DNA of 64,000 bases from Thalassobaculaceae bacterium (lineage in GTDB: Bacteria; Pseudomonadota; Alphaproteobacteria; Thalassobaculales; Thalassobaculaceae), in the NCBI GenBank assembly GCA_965228875.1, contig OZ245843.1, forward strand, positions 788,616 through 852,615, read 5' to 3'. The notes beneath the pieces are model-generated. The model made no database searches. It was given only the letters and a program-made list of their open reading frames with translations, and had not been told where the DNA came from. The translations under genes and the position numbers were made by a program. How positions within the stretch are numbered: the stretch's first letter is position 1; each line of letters starts with the position of its first letter. This document shows, in pieces, positions 59,574 to 64,000 of this stretch.

Positions 59574-61145
59574 GTGATACTTTCCGAGATCCGGCTGCCG
59601 AAGGCTGTCCTGCGCCTGGTGCTCGCCGTTTTCGCGATCGCAGCGCCGGCGACGGCGAGCCTCGCCGATGATCGTCCGTCTCTGACCATTGCCATGCCGA
59701 ACATCAACCGCGGCAGCTATGGCGGTTACGACGCCTCGAACTACGCCTCGCGCATCGTCCACAACCTCTACGACAACGTCATCAAGCGCGACTGGCTGTC
59801 CAAGCCGGACGGCACCGGAACCGACCTGGTGCCGGGCCTCGCGGTCTCCTGGAAGCGCACCGCGCCGACCCTGTGGGAACTGAAAGTCCGCCGGGGCGTG
59901 AAGTTCCATGACGGCGCCGAGATGACGGCGGAAGACGTTGCCTTCACGCTGTCGCCCGAGCGTCGGGAGATCCGCCCGCACGGTCTTGGCGCACCGATCA
60001 TTCGGGCCGAGGCGCTCGACGCCGACACCGTGATCGTCGAGACCGATGCACCGGACGCCGCCTTCGAGCATCGGCTCGCGACCCGCATCGGCAAGGTCGT
60101 GCCGAAATCCGTCTATACGAAGCTCGGCCACCCGGCTTTCGCCGCCGACCCGATCGGCACCGGCCCGTACTACATCGCCGACAAGTCCGAGGACACCGTG
60201 GTTCTGAAGGCGTTCGACGATTACTGGGGCGGGCGTCCGCCGTTGTCGACCATCACCTACAAGGCGGTGCCGGAGGTGTCGGCCCGGATCGCCGGCCTGG
60301 TCACCGGCGAGTTCGACATCGTCACCTCGATCCCGCCGCAGCAGGCGGAACTGATCGAGCGCGAGAACGGCTTCCACACTCAGGCTTCGCTGCTCGAGAA
60401 CGTGCAGCTCATCATGTTCCCGAACGACAAGCGCGAGGACATGGCGGCGGCGCAGACCTCCAACAAGTTGATCCGCCAGGCCATCGTGCACGCCACCGAC
60501 CGCAAGCTGCTGACCGAGCGGCTGTGGAATGGCCTGAACTCGGTGCCGGAAGGCTTCAGCTTCCCGGAGTACGGCCAGTATCACGTCCCGCAGACGCCGC
60601 GACCCTACGATGTCGCCAAGACCAAGGCGTTGCTGCAGGAGGCCGGCTATGACGGCGCGCCGATCAAGGTTGCGATGGTCGGCGGCTATTACGTCAACAT
60701 GGATCAGGCGGTCCAGGTCATGCAGCAGATGTGGACCGAGGCCGGCCTGAACGTCGACCTGACGATCCAGGAGAACTGGGCGCAGATGAACCCGCGGACC
60801 CAGTGGGACGCGTTCCCGATCTCCGCCAACTTCAACTTCCCCGACCCGGCCGCGCCCATGTGGGCCTATTGGGGCGCCGCCCAGGGTCCGCATCGTCGCC
60901 AGCGGATGTGGAACCCGCCGGCACGGTTCCTGGAACTCGGCAAGGTGCTGGAATCCAGCCTGGTCCAGGAGGAACGCAAGGCCGCTTTCGCCGAGATGCT
61001 GGAAATCTGGGAGGAGGAGGTGCCGGGCATGCTGCTGTACCGCCCGGTCGAGATCTACGGCGTCCGCGACGACCTGAAGTGGCAGAACTACGGCATGTAT
61101 TGGATGGATTTCCGCGACTACAACGTGTCCTTCGCCGGCCACTGA
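59574..61145 (+). CDS. Family-5 ABC substrate-binding protein (paralogue)
   Basis: 'VRRGVKFHDG', 'PIGTGPY', 'FDDYWG'. C-terminal 'YWMDFR' shared with the upstream paralogue. Confidence 0.9.
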   Translation: MILSEIRLPKAVLRLVLAVFAIAAPATASLADDRPSLTIAMPNINRGSYGGYDASNYASRIVHNLYDNVIKRDWLSKPDGTGTDLVPGLAVSWKRTAPTLWELKVRRGVKFHDGAEMTAEDVAFTLSPERREIRPHGLGAPIIRAEALDADTVIVETDAPDAAFEHRLATRIGKVVPKSVYTKLGHPAFAADPIGTGPYYIADKSEDTVVLKAFDDYWGGRPPLSTITYKAVPEVSARIAGLVTGEFDIVTSIPPQQAELIERENGFHTQASLLENVQLIMFPNDKREDMAAAQTSNKLIRQAIVHATDRKLLTERLWNGLNSVPEGFSFPEYGQYHVPQTPRPYDVAKTKALLQEAGYDGAPIKVAMVGGYYVNMDQAVQVMQQMWTEAGLNVDLTIQENWAQMNPRTQWDAFPISANFNFPDPAAPMWAYWGAAQGPHRRQRMWNPPARFLELGKVLESSLVQEERKAAFAEMLEIWEEEVPGMLLYRPVEIYGVRDDLKWQNYGMYWMDFRDYNVSFAGH

Positions 61146-61226
61146 CCGATTCTTCGACGCGGTCCGGCGCACCCGCCGGGCCGCGCGCCCTGCTGTTCGC
61201 GCTCCTCTCCCGTCAAGGTGTTCGCC

Positions 61227-62096
61227 ATGTCGAGTTTCCGTCTCGTGATGCTGACCGATACCCATGTCAGCCAGACCCATCCGTTCTTCTTCCACAACTG
61301 GGAGGTCGCCCTTGAGGCGGCCAATGCCCTGGCGCCGGACGTCGCGCTGATCACCGGCGACGTCACCTTCAACGGCCCCGATGCGCCGGAGGATCTCGCT
61401 TTCGGTGCCCGTCAGGTCGAGAGGCTCTCCGCACCCGTTGTCCGCACCGTGCCCGGCAATCACGATGTCGGCTACTCCCCGGCCGCTTCATCCATGCGCC
61501 AGCTCATGACCCCGGGCCGTCGCCAGGCCTGGACCGAGAACTTCGGGCCGGACTTCTGGTGGTTCGACCACGGCGATTGGCGCTTCGTCGGCCTCAACGC
61601 CTTTCTCTATGAGAGCGGTGACGAGGCGGAGGAAGCGCAGGATGCGATGCTGGCCGACGCACTCGCTGGCGGCCGGCCGGTCGGCATCTTCCTGCACGTC
61701 CCGCCCTTCGCCCACGATCCGGCGGAGACCGACGAGGTCACGACCGGCACCCTGCGCCCGGCCGCCCGCAAGCGCCTGCTCGACACCTGTGTCGAGGCCG
61801 GCTCCGTGCGGTTCATGGCCAGCGGCCACCTGCACCGCGACAAGCGCATGCGGTTCCGGGATATCGACTTCATCTGGGCGCCGGGCACCGCGTTCATGTC
61901 CTCCGGGCCACGTTCCGAGGCCTGGGGCGGCGAGCCCTGGGTCGGCTTCCTCGACTTCCGGTTCGAGGGCGACAGCTACACCGTGGAGAAGGTCGAGCCC
62001 GAAGACATGCTGAACATCGACCTGCGCAACTGGGCCCGGGGCGACAAGCACCGCTACTTCGACATTGCAAGCCAGCCGTTCCGTACCGCCGACTGA
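61227..62096 (+). CDS. Calcineurin-like metallophosphoesterase
   Basis: Motifs DTH, TGD, GNHD, H and GHLH in canonical order. Confidence 0.88.
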   Translation: MSSFRLVMLTDTHVSQTHPFFFHNWEVALEAANALAPDVALITGDVTFNGPDAPEDLAFGARQVERLSAPVVRTVPGNHDVGYSPAASSMRQLMTPGRRQAWTENFGPDFWWFDHGDWRFVGLNAFLYESGDEAEEAQDAMLADALAGGRPVGIFLHVPPFAHDPAETDEVTTGTLRPAARKRLLDTCVEAGSVRFMASGHLHRDKRMRFRDIDFIWAPGTAFMSSGPRSEAWGGEPWVGFLDFRFEGDSYTVEKVEPEDMLNIDLRNWARGDKHRYFDIASQPFRTAD

Positions 62097-62551
62097 AACC
62101 ACCCGCTCCGGACCCGGACCGCATGACCAAGCGGCTCCAGGTCCGGGCGGGAGAAGAACCTTCGCCGGCACGCCGATATTGCGCGGCTGGCGCCATCATC
62201 GTCTGATGAAGCCGGTCTCCAACGCCCTCACATCTCTCGACGCCTCGTGACGGATTGCCGGCAAGCGGCCTTGGGTCAAGGCCAGCTCATTGCCGGCGCC
62301 ACGGACGGCTTGATGTGTCCGGAACTCCGTTAAGACGTTCTGCCAACGATGCGACGGTGCCTACAACCCAGCGAACCGGTCGGATTGGTTGAAGTCGCCA
62401 TGACTGACGGGAGTGGCTGCGTGCGGAGGCGACTGCCCAGCATCAGGTCGCCAACAGTCTGGTTGGGCGGCGGCTCTGGGACAGTGTTTTGAGCGGCTTC
62501 TCTATCGTCACCCGGGACACTGAGCTGCTTGGCGATCACCTGATTGCAGTA

Positions 62552-62566
62552 TGTTATAACGTAACG
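62552..62566. promoter_or_regulatory. Putative Zur box
   Basis: TGTTAT-AAC-GTAACG, close to TGTTATnnnATAACA, upstream of zur-like and azt genes. Confidence 0.7.
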
Positions 62567-62597
62567 TATGAATGGGTACCTTGATTGGAGTCAGAAC

Positions 62598-63000
62598 GTG
62601 AATAAGCGGGGGGCGACGCATGCAGACGGAGATGTTGGCGGTTCTTTGCCGGCAGGACCGTCCGTTGACCGCATTCAAGGTTCAGGCGGGGTTATGGGGT
62701 TCCAATCCGAGGTTCGCGTCACCAACGATTTATCGAGCGCGAACCGTGCTGGTGGAGCAGGGGCGGGTACATCGTCTCGAGGCCCTGAGTGCTGGTATAG
62801 CGGGCCAAGGCTTGGCGCATCAGCGCGCAGTAATCCTGGCCAACAGCAACGACTGCGGCAGCGTCGAGGAAGGCACTGCTCCCCGTTCGCTGATGGGCCA
62901 CTCGCACACCTCAAGTAGGTTCGGGACTACGCCGGCGCGCCATGTGGTCGACGTCCAAGGCCACTGTGCCGCCTGCGATGGCGGGGAGGTGTCAGGATGA
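62598..63000 (+). pseudogene. Degenerate Fur/Zur-family regulator
   Basis: 'SPTIYRA..GRVHRLEAL' and terminal 'GHCAAC'. The first CxxC is reduced to 'SNDC'. The RBS-preceded GTG 62598 is out of frame with ATG 62620 across a G6 run. Confidence 0.6.
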
Positions 63001-63128
63001 GGGGGATGCACTCCATGGGGCGCCTTCTTCTCCTCGGCGCGGGGCCGCGTTTGATCGGTGCCGCACTGATCGTGGCGGCGCTTTGGGCAGGCTTCTTCTG
63101 GGCGACCTCGACGCCGGGGGCGCTATGA
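62997..63128 (+). CDS. Small single-TM protein (43 aa)
   Basis: MRGMHSMGRLLLLGAGPRLIGAALIVAALWAGFFWATSTPGAL, with ATGA overlaps on both sides. Confidence 0.6.
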   Translation: MRGMHSMGRLLLLGAGPRLIGAALIVAALWAGFFWATSTPGAL

Positions 63129-63868
63129 CCGCGGTTGTCGCCTTCCAGGATCTGACGCTTGGATACGACCGGTTGCCGGCGGTTCACCGACTGGATACCG
63201 AGATCGCGCAAGGTAGCCTGACGGCCGTCGTCGGCCCTAATGGGGCCGGTAAATCCACGCTGTTGAAAGGCGTGGTCGGTACCCTGTCGCCATTGGAGGG
63301 GCGGGTGGCGTTCGGCGCGCTTCGGCAGGAGGACATTGCATATCTGCCGCAACAGTCGGAGATCGATCAGTCCTTTCCGCTCTCCGTCGTGGATCTTGTC
63401 GCCATGGGGCTCTGGCGGGAGATCGGTCCCTTCGGATGGTTCGGCAAGACGCACCGTGCCCGTGTCGAGGAGGCGATCGCCGCCGTCGGACTGACCGGGC
63501 TCGAGACCCGCGTGATCGGATCTCTGTCGGGTGGTCAGATGCAACGGGCGCTCTTCGCCCGCCTCCTCTTGCAGGATGCGCGGTTGGTCCTGCTCGATGA
63601 GCCCTTCACCGCGATCGACGCCCGCACCATGGCGGATCTTCTTGGGGTGATCCGCCGGTGGCACGGTGAAGGACGGACGGTTCTGGCCGTCCTGCATGAT
63701 CATGACATTGTTCGGGAGCAGTTTCCGCGCACGCTGATGCTGGCGCGGGAACTCGTCGCCCACGGTCCCACCGACAATGTTCTCACGGCGGAGAACCAGT
63801 TTCGCGCTCGCCAGATGTGCGAAGCCTGTGCCGGACCGCCGCATGTCTGCGGCCGGAGTGCGGCATGA
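63125..63868 (+). CDS. aztA: Zn/Mn ABC transporter ATP-binding protein (AztA-like)
   Basis: GPNGAGKS, 'AYLPQQS', LSGGQMQR, LLDEPF, C-terminal 'CEAC..HVC'. Zur box upstream. Confidence 0.8.
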   Translation: MTAVVAFQDLTLGYDRLPAVHRLDTEIAQGSLTAVVGPNGAGKSTLLKGVVGTLSPLEGRVAFGALRQEDIAYLPQQSEIDQSFPLSVVDLVAMGLWREIGPFGWFGKTHRARVEEAIAAVGLTGLETRVIGSLSGGQMQRALFARLLLQDARLVLLDEPFTAIDARTMADLLGVIRRWHGEGRTVLAVLHDHDIVREQFPRTLMLARELVAHGPTDNVLTAENQFRARQMCEACAGPPHVCGRSAA

Positions 63869-64000
63869 TCTGGGACGTCCTGATTGCGCCGTTCGCGGAT
63901 TTTGGCTTCATGCGTCGCGCCCTGTTCGGCTGCGTCGCGGTTTCTGTGGGCGCCACGCCGGTGGGCGTTTTCCTGATGCTGCGGCGGATGAGCCTGACCG
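63865..64000 (+). CDS. aztB: Zn/Mn ABC permease (AztB-like), truncated by window end
   Basis: 'MIWDVLIAPFADFGFMRRAL..PVGVFLMLRRMSLT', ATGA-coupled to the ATPase gene. Confidence 0.75.
   Translation, partial: MIWDVLIAPFADFGFMRRALFGCVAVSVGATPVGVFLMLRRMSLT

Noticed and set aside
62097..62550. Unannotated ~450-bp gap with short ORFs and a CTGATGA hammerhead-like core
   Set aside because: No suitably placed GAAA or stems for a ribozyme, and the ORFs lack motifs. It may be a decayed remnant, but I cannot support that.

Overview
High-GC bacterial DNA, most consistent with an alphaproteobacterium. Na+-NQR hints at a marine or saline niche (inference). No rRNA, tRNA, CRISPR array, integrase or IS was recognised. 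In order, the window holds: a GcvT-family flavin oxidoreductase with an RpiR regulator and a polar amino-acid ABC transporter; an iron-uptake block (FecI/FecR, two TonB receptors, two Fec-type ABC sets, an AraC regulator, Fur-like boxes); cbtBA cobalt uptake genes with an unusual structured leader; a Ubi hydroxylase, fumC, an FMN lactate dehydrogenase and a CBS protein; nqrM-apbE divergent from nqrABCDEF; an M20 peptidase; nrdHIEF plus a MazG-like gene behind NrdR boxes and a cobalamin riboswitch; a peptide-family ABC system with two binding proteins and a metallophosphoesterase; and a degenerate zur followed by aztA/aztB at the window edge. The most striking locus is a six-gene operon at 42708-53327 (minus strand) in which every product has an export signal: an OmpA-family protein, a caspase-like protease, a zymogen-type S1 serine protease fused to a caspase-like domain, a serpin with a Leu-Arg-Ser reactive loop, an SH3 lipoprotein and a WD40-caspase. 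It looks like a self-contained envelope proteolytic cascade with its own inhibitor. All calls come from reading motifs by eye, with no database search. Several start codons were adjusted from the ORF track.
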